Source: Octopus vulgaris (lineage: Eukaryota). From it: DNA of 64,000 nucleotides. The stretch lies in the NCBI GenBank assembly GCA_951406725.2, contig OX597837.1, forward strand, positions 14,508,001 to 14,572,000. The letters are read 5' to 3'. Both the position numbers and the translations under genes were made by a program. Positions 26,868 through 42,517 of this stretch are shown here, piece by piece (the stretch's first letter is position 1; every line of letters starts with the position of its first letter). The notes below the pieces were generated by a model, which saw only the letters and a program-made list of their open reading frames with translations, ran no database searches and was not told where the DNA came from.

Positions 26868-28180
26868 ATGTTTACATTCACAAATTTATTTCATACATCT
26901 CTAACGCACATATATATATACCCAGATACAACACACACATAGATGGACATATCTGCATACAGGCACACACACACACACACACATATACATCACACTTAAG
27001 CACATCTTCCATACATACATATACATACACATACTCTCTGTACACACACACTTGCACACACGTATATATATATAGAATTCATTCATCTCTGTCGCACAAA
27101 TATTTGTATACTTAGATACAAAAGGCACGCACATATACACACACGCATACTTGCACACACATCCACACACACACACCTAAACACACGCACACACACACAT
27201 CGTGCATACACACCTACTACACCTATTTCATTCATGAAGCTTCCAAATTTGTTCGTATTTCACCTCCGCCACCACCGCCACCTCTCGCCTCATACACACG
27301 CGCGCACGCATTTCCTTACACGACCACGAACACGCGCGTGCGCGCGTGTACACAAACTCCCTCAATTCATCTCTCTTTCTCTTCATCCATTATTCTCTCT
27401 CTTTCCCTCTTTTTCTAAACCTCTGTCTCTCTGTCTCTCTCTCTCTCTTTCTCTCCTTCCTCTCTTTCCTCTCCTTTACGCACGCACTTTCCCAAAACGC
27501 ATTCATCATTTGATCCCCCCACCCGACGCCTCCTTCATCCATTCATAGTTTCCTTCTTTCCTCGTTCACCTCCACCCCGCCGCCTCTCCCGTCTCTTCTC
27601 CTCATCCTCATCCATTCACAACTTTTTCGACTCATTCATTTCTCTTCCTCATCCTCATCCTCCCCTTTCATGCCTAACTTTTTCCACTTCTCCCTTACTC
27701 CGCCTCCCTTCTTCATTCACAACTTTTTCCTCTCCTACCTTCATCCTCATCCACCTCCCACCTTCCATCATCTCCCTCATTCATTCATACGTTTTCATCT
27801 CCTCCTCATCCTCCCCCTCCGCCATTCTTCAATCCTTCACTCAACATTCATTCATGCTTTTCCACTGAATGAAGCTTCCATCCAACACGCGCGCGCGCAC
27901 ATAAACACGCACATACACATGTACACACACACGCACACATTTAAACATATGCACACACATATATATATGCACATACACACTAATTCACACGCAGACACAT
28001 ATGTACACACTTACACACATACCTACACGCACACACACATACTCATACACATAATCGCACACTAGTTCACAAACGCAAACATATGTAGATACATACACAT
28101 ACGCATACATACACAAAATTACATACACATACACACGCACGCACTAATTCACATACATACGCACACACATGCACACGCAT
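24790..28180. repeat. Long degenerate CA/CT low-complexity region with a recurring TTTCATTCATG motif
   Basis: Seen directly. Confidence 0.85.
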
Positions 28181-28599
28181 AAGTCTACCGCCGTACCCCA
28201 CAGGTACCCGTTTGTATTACTATTGTTGAAAACAATCCCATTTATTTCACCCGGGTACATCACCACCCCTTTATAGCACCCCAACCTCCCTCCACCATCA
28301 CCAACAGACTGAACAGACCCTTTCTGCCATCCGCTGACCACTGTACCTACCAGTGACCCCTCAACAAAACACTTCTATCCCACCTGCACCCCTATTCTCT
28401 ACTGCACTGCACCGTGCCCCTTGAATCTGGTGTAAAGGCTCTCAAACGCTTCTTGCTGGAATCGAACCCTGCTCGGCAGCTTCTACTCTTGTCACGTCTC
28501 CGTCTTGACTGCTTACTACCACAGCGTTGCATTCATCTCTCGACGGCATACTACAACATTACTCACAACTACCGCTCCAACACTGTCGCCAATACTAGA

Positions 28600-29019
28600 A
28601 AATGCCACCGAGAACATCATTCACAACACCACCACCATCACCACCCTCATCGTCGGCGTCGTCATCGCCACCGCCATCACCAGTATCACAAGCACCATTC
28701 ACAAGCACCATTCACGGCGACACCACCGTTGCGAAACAGCAGCAGCAGCAGCAGCAACAGCATTCATAACACGCCGCCACCACCACTACCACCACCACCA
28801 CCACAACAACAACAATAACAACAACAACAACAACATGCAGGAGCAACGTTCACACCGCCACCTCTGCCATCACTATCACAACCACCAACATCATTCACAA
28901 CATTACCTCCACCACCACCGCCACCGTCGCTCTCACCAACTTCGCGAACAGTAACACCGCCGTCACCTCAGCAACACCACGGACGAAACCCTTTGCATTT
29001 TATTAATAAAGAAATTGTT

Positions 29020-29054
<35 letters not shown>

Positions 29055-29184
29055 CGTTGTTGTTGTTGTGGTTGTAGTACTGGTGGTGGTGGTGGTGGTG
29101 GTGGTGGCGGTTGCAGCAATGGAAGGCTTAAAATATCAATGGTCAATAAGTGAGGTGGGTGAGTTGTAAATTTAGTGAATGAAA

Positions 29185-29219
<35 letters not shown>

Positions 29220-29980
29220 TATTGCTTCTATGAGGACGGCGATGGCGATGATTACGACGACGACGACGATACTGATGAAGAAAGTGGTGGTGGTGGTGGT
29301 GGTGGTGGTGGCGGTGGTGGTGGTGGTGGTGGTGGTGGTGGTGATGGTGGTGCAACGGTATGAATAACAAATAATAATACTATTTGCAGCTAAATACGTT
29401 TGTTGGATGCGTACGATATTGCAGCTGTTTGTGTTACTGCTGTTGCTGCTGCCGAAGATGATGATGATGATGATGATGATGATGGTGTTGGCAATAGTGG
29501 TTATGGTGGTGATGGGGGAAGGGGGGTGCTGAGGAAAGAAAAAAAGAAAGAAAGGAAGAACGAAAGAGAGAGAGAGAGAGGGAGAGCCCGGGCGACATCG
29601 CAGTCGTCGCTAGTGGAAGAATCTAATGCGGCGACGGCGACGGCGACGGCGATGGCGACAGTGGTGGTGGTGGTGGTGGTGGTGGTGGTGGTGGTGGTGG
29701 TGGTGGTGGTTGTGGTGGTGGTGGTGGTGGTGGTGGTGGTGGTGGTGGTGGTGGTGGTGGTGGTGGTTGTGGTGGTTGAGGGTTTTTCGCGTCTAGTGAT
29801 AATAATGTTTATTGGAAATAATAGTGGAGCTGCTGCTGCTGCTGCTACTAATACTACATCTCGCTAGTACTGCTACTGCTACAACTACTACTACTACTAC
29901 AGCTACTACTGTTACTACTACTACTACTACTACTATTACTACTATTACCACCACCGCCGCCGCCGCCACCACTGCAAAAG
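28600..29980. repeat. Mixed trinucleotide microsatellites (CAC, CAA, TTA, GGT, GAT, CTA)
   Basis: Seen directly. Confidence 0.9.
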
Positions 29981-32397
29981 AGCTGTAGTAGTGTTGTTGC
30001 TGACAGTAACATTGGTTGTAAGCTAGCATCTTGGGTCAGCACCTTTGATGGTGAATGGGATGCGTTTAAGCTCTGACGTCACAACTCGGCGCACGGCTAT
30101 GAATGAGCCAGCAATCCCAGAATGCAGCAGTCTTCGCTGGTACTTATTGATTGCCTGCCGTACAGCCTCTCATGCTTTACAACCGTTTCTAGCTGAAGTG
30201 GAGTCAGCCACGGAGAAATACGCAGATTCCGCTTGATGTCGAAAAACACATTCATAATTTCGCCTTTGAATTCTACTCCAACACTTATACGCGCTTTTTA
30301 CCTTTTTACATTCATAATTCGGAGCGCGCGCAATTCGCAAGCAAGTCGTGTGCACGAGCAAGTCTTCTTCTTCTTCTTCTTCTTCTTCTTCTTCTTCTTC
30401 TTCATCGTTGCCGTCTACTGTTACATTGAGAAAAATCTCCTTGCATCAGATTCTCTCAATCGCACTGCCACATACAACCATGTTCTACTATATTACACCG
30501 TTTACTACCAATTTCCAACAAGACGGTTTTTACTACCAACACCGCACAGCCTTACTTCGCTATCATTATTTTTACATTTTCACCGAATTTCCAACAAAAT
30601 ACCACTGTCTTCGCAACCAAACAAACCAACCACCATAAAAACACATATATATATATATATATTATATTTATTTATCTCTACATACAAGACAGGCTTCTTC
30701 ATCGCTGCACGTACAAATGTCTACGCTCTCACACAAACACACACCTAAATACTAGCACGCATATATATATATACACATACATACATACATACACACACAT
30801 ATATATATATATGCGTGTATGAAAATACTATCGCCATCATCATCATTGTCATCAAGATTGTATGCATTGTTGTTGTCGAAGTCATCGTTGTCGTATCGCC
30901 ATTTGAGACCCTGGAAAAATTAGATTTACGCTAACGGAAAATTCTGCAACAGATTCCAGCATTATGAATTAGAATCGCTCTTGCACACACATAACCATTT
31001 TCATCTGCGGACGCAAGCTACACAAATACAAACATACAACCATACAAACAAACACAAATATATCTTTATATATATATTTATATATACACATACAAACATA
31101 CATTCGTACATAAATATTTCAACAGTGATGAACAGGAATACGCACATACGTATAAACGATTCTTACGGAAGACCGTATACGCATATATACGCATAGTACG
31201 ATTTTTCCATTCATGCGCATCTAACGCATCGGAGAAGCTGCCTTGCTGATGTAGTAAAGTTACTACTACGATCGAAGACATTCACTCGCTCGCTCGTTCA
31301 CTCACTCACAAACGCACACAACTCTCCGAGCTTTTCGCACATTACAACGAGAACCGATTGCATTCATGGTGTGCGTGTTTTAGCTGTTCGTTCAGATACG
31401 CGTATATATGAATGTAAATGTATACACACACAGAGACACATATAAACATAACCATACCTACACACACACACACACACACACATAAACATATACATACCTA
31501 CACACACACACATATATTTATGTGTGTGTGCAAGATATATTTGTAAATATTAGCAGGTGCGCGATTGATGCACCATCGGAAATGCTTTATATATACACAC
31601 ATACACACATATTTATTTATGTTTATATATATGCATGTATACATACATACATGTATACATACATACAAACAAATTCACACACACAATGTACATACATGTA
31701 TACATACATACAAACAAATTCACACACACATGCATACATACATACATACATACATACATACATACATACATACATACATACATACATACATACACATATA
31801 CATACGTATATACACACACGTGTAGACGCTGACACGCAACCACTGTGCGTAGAAAGGAGTCGTACGTAGTAAGTGTCATCACCGTATAACGTGCTCGTAA
31901 CACAGGCGTACTACTAGCATACATAGAAGAAGCATGCCGCCGTATTCTGTATACGCACATAGCTATACGCACACCTTCACAGATCAATGAATGGCCGACA
32001 ATCGCTAGATTCGCTACGAGGAGTTTGTAGTGTGGTGGTTCACTACTATTGTATGTGATATGATGGTGATGACGACGGCTACGATGCTCTTTCTTCTTGT
32101 TGATGACGATGATGATGATGACATGACGGAGCTTTATCATTATTATTACTATTACTATTAGTATTATTATTTTTTTTATTATTATTATTTTTATTATTAT
32201 TGTTATTATTATTACTTTTGCGTTGATAGTAGAGTTGATGGTATCACCAGTAACGGCGGCGGTGGAGCTAGTGGTGGTTGCGTTGATGGTGGTGGTGGTG
32301 GTGTTGTTTGTTGTTGTTGGTAGAGGTGGTGGTTCTGGTGGTGGCCTCGACCATTATAATTATTAAAAACTAAAGATTTTTAATAATTATATATAAT

Positions 32398-32428
<31 letters not shown>

Positions 32429-32609
32429 CATACATACAAACATTCATATATATATATATATATATGCATATATATATATGTATATATATGTGTGTATATA
32501 CATAAGTATGCACATACACACGCATGCACACATACATACACACACTTGCACGCACACACACACGCACACAAATACGTATGTACATATACATATAAATACA
32601 TATACATAC

Positions 32610-32644
<35 letters not shown>

Positions 32645-33183
32645 CACATATATATATGTATGACAACTTGTTAAGGAATAGAGAACAGTGCAACCACACA
32701 CTTGCAAAGGAGAAAAGAAGGAAGGTCGAAGAAGACAGAAAAGTGAAAAAAAACAAAAAAACAAGATGATAATATTCGCGGGACCAAAATATTTTGCAAT
32801 GGGACCAAGAGAAGAATTCGAAATTGGAAAACCAAAGTCAGGAGAAACGTAAGCATCGATTTTGAATTCTTTCTATGTTTGTATGTGTGTGTGTGAGGGA
32901 GAGAAAGAAGTGGGGGAGGGAAAAAAGATAGGAAGACAGTGTGGGTGTGTATGTGAGCGTGTAAGTGTTTAGGGGCGTGAGGTTGTATGCCTGTTATATA
33001 TATTTGTGTGAGTGTTTGTGTTCAACATTGTCAAAGTTTATTGTCATTCAGAGCATGAAAATTCGTGTGTGTGCATATATATATATATATATATATGCAT
33101 GTGTACATATATATGCGTGTGTGCATATACAAACATATGTATATATATATATATATATATATTTACATATAAGTACACATAAA

Positions 33184-33241
<58 letters not shown>

Positions 33242-33262
33242 CACACATACACATTTATATGA

Positions 33263-33295
<33 letters not shown>

Positions 33296-34189
33296 TGTTT
33301 GTATGTATGCTTGCATGTATGTATGTGCGTGTGCATGTAAGTTTATATATTCATATATTTATATATCTATGAGTTTGTTAGTGTGTATATATGCAAGCGT
33401 GCAAAAAATCATTCATTGCACTGCATATACACACATGCATATATATATATACATATGTGCGTGTGTGTATGCTTTTATATATATATATATATATACACAT
33501 TTTACGCATATGCTTCTGTATATATATGTATATGAGCATATATATGTATATATATACAGATATGTGTGTGTTTGTTGTGTGTATGTATATATGAATATAT
33601 ATGTATATATGACGGTTATCGAGATCTTGTGTGCAGTTTTAAATTTGCATAGCGCCACTTTGATTCTATATATGGTATTTTCAATCTGTGAAAAAAAAAA
33701 AAGAAAGAAAAAAAAGATAAGCCTGCGAGTTTATTGCATTTTCGAAGAAGAATTATTCTTGAGATTGGTAATTTTCAACATGTCCACCGTCGTCACGTAG
33801 ATAAACTTGCAATGCGATTCTGAAGTTCTAGGAATACCTTTTGCAGTTGATTTCCAGTTCCACCCAGAATCAAATTTGGTACCTACGCTTGCATTGCAAG
33901 CCATCTATAGAACATGGTTTAGTTCAACGAAGACAAGTCTTTACATGTCTTCACATAAAATATGATTTTTAGAAATTATTAATTTTTTTTTTTTTGTTTG
34001 CCAAAAAAATATTTAGAAAAATAATTCTAATAATTGCTATTTTGATTATACAAATGCATCAGGCTTCTAAAAGTTTTTGCCATTATTATTCTTATTTTAA
34101 TGATTAAATCTAAATTGCAAAGATCTGAAGTTATAAAACAATTTAGATTTTTAAAAATCATATTTTATTAGACCTCTAAAATACCCTTG

Positions 34190-34242
<53 letters not shown>

Positions 34243-34490
34243 CGTGGAAATTGATTTCTCGTTCTTGGAGTTGCAAGAATAAAATATTTGCAAAACCTTG
34301 CTACGTCTAACGGCGACGGATGCTAGCCTCCACAGCATCTAGGCTCAATGCTTTTCGTTTTCCTATAATTTTACCATCTATAGGTGCATCGCTTTTGTCG
34401 CTGTATGCATCCATATGTTGTCTCTTAAATTGACATTTCGGAAAATTTCTTTCCTTCTAAGCATCTAGATAGCATTCTGCCGATGTGTGG

Positions 34491-34539
<49 letters not shown>

Positions 34540-34792
34540 TTCAGTTAATACATATTATATATGTGCATATATTATTTATATAGATTCTCGCGTATACACA
34601 ATTTGCTGCCTAGATTTGTATATACATACATTCATGCATGCATAAATACAGACATGCAAATATGCGTACGTACATAGATACGTGCATGCATGCACACATA
34701 CTTACATAAATACATAGAAACAATGCATCGATTCATAATGTGCATACATACAGAGTTGCATTTTATATTAAATCCCATTAAATCACACATGG

Positions 34793-34892
<100 letters not shown>

Positions 34893-35102
34893 ACACACAC
34901 ACATATAGATACATATATATGTATGAATGCATGTATGAATGTATGTATGTATGTATGCATGTATAAAGTCTTTGAATATTCATGTGTGCTAAATATGTCT
35001 TAACATGTACCTATATATGGAAATATATATTATAATATATATGTGTATGTATATATACACGCAGACTACATATCTGTGTGTGTGTGTGTATGCATGTATG
35101 TA

Positions 35103-35151
<49 letters not shown>

Positions 35152-36056
35152 TTGTATGTATGAATGTATATATATATATTGCATTGTAAAAATATAATAA
35201 TATGAGGAAATGATTCCATGGTATATAATTCTTTATTTACTCTTTCCATGTAAAATCAATGGCTCATATTAAATGCAAAATATATTCTCGCCTTTTTTTT
35301 ATTTTTTGTTTTTTTTACTTATATATTTATTTATTTATTTATTTATTGGCAACTTGGCAAAAGCGTTTTTTTTTTTAAGTGACACAAACGAACCGTTCCG
35401 TTGCAAAGCAACGAATTCTTGCAACGGCAGAGGTGCAGAGAGCATTTTGCGGAACCCTTGCACATCCATTTGTTTCAATAACTCTTCCATTCTGTCTCTG
35501 CATGCATATCGAACCTGTTGCATTCGATTCTCCAATTCTCTGATTTTCCGATTTTTGGATTCTCTTCAATCTCTTAACATCATCTTCCTAAGATTGTATC
35601 TGTAATTGCTTTCTCCCTGTCGAATATATATATATATATATATATATATGAGTGTGTATAATATATATATATATATTACATTTGGTGCAGGGAAGCCCAG
35701 GTTGACGTTACCGTCTTTGGTAATAGACGACCATAGAGCCGAGCGCACGCGCGCACGCACCTGTCTCTTCGAGCTTTTATATTCTTTGGCAGCAGTTTTA
35801 TAATGGAGGAATGACCTCCGATGGAATCGAAATATCTCACCTGTAAATAGATGGTCTGGGAGACCTTTGCAAACAGTCAGAGCGACATACGGACAGACGG
35901 ACGGGCAGAAAGACGGGCAGGCATGCAGGCAGACAGACGATGACCATTGCAACGGATATATATATATATATATATATAATGCTAGATAGTTAGTTGTTTG
36001 GTTTTTAACAGATTAAGTGGATTCACAAACAACAGCGATGACAACAATAGCAACAC

Positions 36057-36650
<594 letters not shown>

Positions 36651-37602
36651 TGCGGTGGTACTGAGGCTGTTCCTGGTACTAGTGGTTGCTGACGTTTGGT
36701 CTGGTTTGGTTTATTGGTGGTGGTCATGTTAGGCTGGCGAAGTGGTTGTAGGAGGACGCGAAGATGTATTAAATGCAACGTTTGTGTGATGATGGCAATG
36801 ATGATGATGATGATGATTTGTGTTGCTAAATTAATTTAAGTAGTCCCCCCCCCGACCGACCGATCTTATCTTTATCGCTATGATGGGAATTGGTGGGTGG
36901 GGTGGGCGGCGAGGGGGGTGATTGGGGAAAAGAAAAAGGAAAGGAAAAAGGATGGGAGAAAAAAAAAACGAATGGAAGGAAAGAAGGAAGAAAAAAGGCG
37001 ATGAGGAGAGGAAGCTGTGGCTGAATGCCTCGTCTGTGGAGAATGTCTTTTAGTCTGAGCATAAAAAGAGAGAAGGTTAATGCGATTCTGTGATGTTTGG
37101 AATAAGAGAAACACCCACGCACGGTATGGTGTAGATGTTGCTGGCAACTAGCAGCAGAAAATGTAGATATGCAGAGAGAATGAGTGAGTGAGCGAGAGAG
37201 AGAGAGAGACAGAATGAGAGAGAGAGAGAGAGAGAGAGAATGATAATATGCAAGAAATGGTTTGTGTGTATGTGTGAGAGAGAGTTTGTGTATGTGCGCG
37301 TGTGTCTACAGAAACAGCCTTATTCATTAAAATGTGTGTGTGTGTATGTATATGTATGTATATACATGTATGCATATACATGTATGTGTGTGTGTGTGTA
37401 CGTATAAATAGATCTATATGTGTATATATATATATACAGTATATATATATATATATATAAATATACTGTATATATATATATATGTATATATGTACGTATA
37501 TATATATATATATATATGTATATGTGTATATGTGTAAATATATTTATATATATGTATATGCGTGTGTATATATGTATATGTAAGTATATATATATACATG
37601 TA

Positions 37603-37651
<49 letters not shown>

Positions 37652-38599
37652 TATGTGTGTGTATATATGTATATGCACATTTATGTATATATAAAGATGC
37701 ATATGTGTATATGTAAGTGTGTGTAGATATGTATGTATATATGTATATATGTATGTGTGTGTTGGTGTATGTCTATGTATATATAAAGAGAGAAAGCGTC
37801 TGTGTATATGTGTGTGCGCGTGCATGTGTGTGTGTTTGTGTGTGTTGTTGATGTTTCTTCCCCATCTAGACCTGATCCCGGAGACGTTCCACACATGACC
37901 ATCCTGTAATCTTTTCAGACTTAGTGCATCTAGGACTACATTATCAAATGTTTTGTTACTATTTAGCCCAAGGTCGGCCATGATCCAGGAGGTTTGTGAT
38001 CAAAGGCGTTCCAGATGCACCCATTTCATGCTTTTTATGAGGATGAAATAATGTATCTCCGACCACATTATTCAAAGGGGTGCCAGTGAATTTTGAACCA
38101 GCAAACCTGTGGTTCAAGGTGTTCCACTGGTGATTATTCTAGGTTTATACAGATACATAGAGAGGTTTTATAAAAAGAACGAGAGAGAAAGAGAGAGATA
38201 GAGAGAGAGAGGGAGAGAGGGAGGTGAGTGAATGAGGTTAAAAAGGGAAAAGAACAGAAAGGACGAAGTAGATTGAAAGAGAGAGAAAGAGAGAGGGAAC
38301 TGAAAGAGAGCCAGAGTTAAAACAGGAGAGAGAGAGAGAGAGAAGAGAGGGTGAGCAAGAGAGGAAAGAGCAAGTAGGAAGAGAATTAATAAAAAATGAA
38401 GGATCAGTTATATATGGGAAAGGGGTGTGGGGGTAAAATAGTTGTGACGAAGTGGGGTGGCAGTCGATAAAACAAGGTATGAATGCTGAAAGGGTAATTG
38501 TGAGGAGGTTGGAGTGTTGGGGTGAGGTGATGTTCTTGGCAATAAGGGTGAGTAAAGCTGGCTGACCTTTAGGAGGACTGTGTTGACCGCTGAGTGATG

Positions 38600-39225
38600 A
38601 AAGGATAATTGGGTGGCTGTAATGATAGCTGGGGTGTTGTAATGACAGCTAGGGTATTGAAATAATAACTGGGGTATTGTAATGATACATGGGGTGTTGT
38701 AATGGTAGCTGGGGTGTTTAAGGATAGCAAAGGGGTTGTAATTATTACTGGGGCATTATAAAGATAGCTAGGGTATTGTAAAGATAAGTAGGACATTGTA
38801 ATGATAACTGGGTGGCTGTAATGATAGTGACGAAAGGATAACTGGGACATTGTAATGATAAATGGAGTATTGTAATGGTAGCTGGGGTGTTTAAGGATAG
38901 CAAAGGTGTTGTAATTATTACTGGGGCATTGTAATGATAAGTGGGGTATTGTAATGATAGCTGGCGTATTGTAATGATAGCTAGGGTACTATAAAGACAA
39001 GTAGAACATTGAAATAATAACTGGAGTATAGTAATGATGGCTAGGGTGTTGTAATGATGACAGGATATTGTAATGATAGCTAGGGTGTTGCATTGATAAG
39101 TGGGGCACTGTAATGATAACTAGGGCATTATAATGATAAATAGGATATTGTAATGGTAGCAGGGGCGTTGTAATGATAGCTAAGGTGCTGTAATGATAAC
39201 TGGGACATTGTATTGATAGCTGGAG
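38600..39225. repeat. Degenerate ~20-bp minisatellite (TGTAATGATAGCTGGGGTAT)
   Basis: About 30 units; a ~60-bp multi-unit block recurs at ~38696 and ~38868. Confidence 0.9.
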
Positions 39226-39404
39226 GTTTGCTAGGTCCATAACTTTATGTGTCTTTCTGAGAAAAATACAATGTCGCTGAATGGTGTTCTTCTTCTTCCA
39301 TTAGGATAAGGAAGTCACCAAAATATGTCCCCCGATATGGCCTCATGTCCATCCCGATAGCAGTAACCAATAAAGCCTACCCTGCGTTGAGCAACAAAAC
39401 CCCG

Positions 39405-39570
39405 ACTTCCTACGCAACCGCTGAGCCTGGATGCGCATTCATCCATCCGTCGGTGCTCTCGGTGTCGGGGGTTGACCTGCTTTCTCTTCTGCGGGTCTTA
39501 CGAATAGCAAAGGACCACGTTTCGGACTTCTCCCACTACAGACAAATGGGACGAAGACCGCTTCGCTCAA
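39405..39570 (-). mobile_element. Interspersed repeat fragment, next to (CAAA)n
   Basis: GC-rich block GACTTCCTACGCAACCGCTGAGCCTGGATGCGCATTC... recalled as an octopus repeat; not verifiable here. Confidence 0.4.
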
Positions 39571-40684
39571 CAAACAAACAAACAAACAAACAACAACAGA
39601 AAAGATGGGCAGAACTCGTCCATTATTTACCTATTTAGGCCGTGTGCTCACGCCACGAGATATATTGAGCACTCATGACAATCCTAGAGTGCCTACCACC
39701 AAGGGGACCTTGAAGCTTCTTTCTCGTAGTCCAGGTTTCGGTTCCAAAGAGAACAATATTCTCTTCATATGCCCCACCCCCTACCGCGCCAAGGTCAGCA
39801 TTCATTTAACGATTGTGGAAAAAGTGGAAGTTTTGTAAGTGTTATGAATTGAAACAAATGTTTCCGCTTCCTTTCCACCCCACACCCAACTTTACCTGCT
39901 CACTCTTAACTTCATTACCTTCTTCCCACCTCTTTCTCTCGCTTCTTTCCCTGTTACTATCATTAATGAAGGTTGACTTTATTTTTCACAAATCCGGTGT
40001 TTCATAAAGTATAATACTAGTCAAGTATCAAGGTTTATTAAATTGTGTAAAACCCTTTCCTTAAATTGGAGGTTTGATGCCTATCTTACAGATAGAAAAC
40101 TGGCGGTGGGTCTCACTGAAGAGAGCCTTTAAAATAGAATCGATTAGCAAAGAGGTAGCGACAGAATACAATTAATCAGAGAGCGAAATAGTCACCAGGT
40201 GAGAAGAGTCGATTTGGAAAGGCATCGCAACCGACATGTCGGCAGTTAAAATGGCGCTTGACTATTTTTCGACAAAAAGCATGAGGGCTGCGTTGTCAGA
40301 AATCAGACACAACGACACCAAAACCGATAGATGGCTTTGAGTGGCAAAAACGCAACGAGGTGAACAAAATCATAATTGGGTCTTTGAACAAGCATGACTG
40401 ACGCATGCTTTTCGACAGGTGTGTACGGTTTCCCAGTAACACTTTGCTGAACTGGGTGGACCCATGACAATGGACTTGAAGGCCTGCCCTGACGACTTGC
40501 TGAAGCGGTCAGTATAAAAAAAATGGAATGTGGCCAAAGAAAAAAAAACGAAAACAGTAACTGAGATACGGTCGACGGTGAGAAGCTATGCAATGGGTGG
40601 ATCGCCTGGTTCGGAAGGTCTACATCACGACATTTGTGGGTCCACTCCAAACGTGTTGGCCTCTTTCTTGGTGTAACATCTAAA

Positions 40685-41900
40685 TCAGGGGCAGGGAAAC
40701 CCCCCCAGCCACGGGCGCAATTGCGCCTGTGAGCCCATTTTATTACGCCCACAGCCTGATATAATCTTATGTACAAAATATAGTAAATTTTTCAATTATA
40801 AAATTTATACAATATTCGTATACCTATTTGCAACATAAGTCGTGTTTCCACTTCGACTTAAAACGGTCAGACTCGAACAGAAACCGTCCAGTAATTGCCA
40901 TTTGAATGGAAAATTTGTTTTCCCTATAAAACACATACAGCTAGGTTTGTACAAGACCCTTGAGACCCACCTACACTCTATCTGGAAAATATAGAATACC
41001 TCATAAGTAATATAAACGTCCTAAATTCAGTGGCAGGCGTTAATTTAATGTGTTAAACTTATCGTTATTAATGTCTATCGCATTATAAATAGATATATAC
41101 AAGAATTACACAGAAAAAAAAGAGTTAGAACTTGTGATCCGCCCACGGAAATTTCTCCTTGGAAATTTTTGCCCACTGCACTAAACTCAATCGATAACTC
41201 AATGCAAACATTGCTATCTATATTAACTGATGAATGGAGACGCTGCTAAGGAAATGTGTAAAGGGAGCATCATCGACCATTTCCAGTTCTTAGTTCTACT
41301 GAACGCAAAGATAGTGAAAAGAACTCGGGAAGTCGGTGCTTGGCGTTGTTTACTATGGTCAGGAGTGCACAGACTTGAGCGATTCCCTATAAATCTATCC
41401 ACGACTCCCCACACCTCATACGATATTTTGGAGGAAAGGTGAACAAAAACCTGATCAACTTAGATAAATGTAAAACCATCGATGGGGTGGACCGTCAGTA
41501 CTTGACGGCGCTCCTCATTGCGGCTAATTTCAGTTCTGTTTTCAGATGCGAGATCAATAATGTACAGCGGCATCTGCTATGTGAATTGACTGAATAGCTA
41601 CCTATTTGAACTGTTTCGAATCAGAGAGGCAGGCTGGGTCTGTCACGGATGGCCTCACTCTTCGCTTCTGTACGTTTTGGTTATTGTATCTCTTGCGAAA
41701 CACCAAAGAACATATCGCTTGGACAGCGATATGGTAAGGCCGAGTTGATTATGGTCTTGGGAAACACCATATCTGTTGTTGATAAGGTGTTTGAAAACCT
41801 GGAAATCGAGGTGGTTGGCACTGGAGAAAATACGAGGTAATAACAGAAAGGACCTCATGAAACAGTAGATTCGGTGAGTCTGCAACTCAGCCTTATACCG
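40685..41900 (+). mobile_element. Decayed hAT (Charlie-like) DNA transposon
   Basis: CAGGGG-type terminus at ~40686; broken motifs FAHC..., [22 protein letters not shown] resemble Charlie/GTF2IRD2-type transposases. Confidence 0.45.
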
Positions 41901-41954
41901 GCCTGCAACGTGGGTCGTTAAACCGAAGACGCTGTTAAGATAGATACCACCCGT

Positions 41955-42228
<274 letters not shown>

Positions 42229-42282
42229 AAAAAAAGAAGTTTGAAAACGCCACTATATTAGATAAATTTTAATTTTCTTATG

Positions 42283-42327
42283 AATTTTACATGTTTCGGT
42301 TCTTGAAAAAACGAACCTTATCAAAAA
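42283..42327 (-). ncRNA. Minimal type I hammerhead ribozyme motif with U3-A8 core variant (Penelope-like)
   Basis: Minus strand reads ATTT-TTGATAA-GGTTC(gttttttcaa)GAACC-GAAA-CATG-TA|AAAT: 4-bp stem I, 5-bp stem II, palindromic ACATGT stem III. Confidence 0.6.
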
Positions 42328-42517
42328 TATTATTAAAAAATATTATAAAAAGTGTAATGGAGAAGAAAAGTGTAATGGAAAAGTTCATAATCGTTTCTAA
42401 CTGGTCTCGAACCTTATCAAAAATATTATACAAAGTGAAAATATATATTTGCATGTCTGTGCACCCATGCATGTGTTTGGCTGTGTGCGTCAGAACTGAT
42501 TTCGTATATATATATCT

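Noticed and set aside
35335-35590. Coiled-coil-looking minus-strand ORFs after a possible acceptor
   Set aside because: In-frame stop just upstream, no convincing donor and no recognisable homology.
40140-40640. Possible further decayed Tx1 C-terminus
   Set aside because: Similarity too weak to support by eye.
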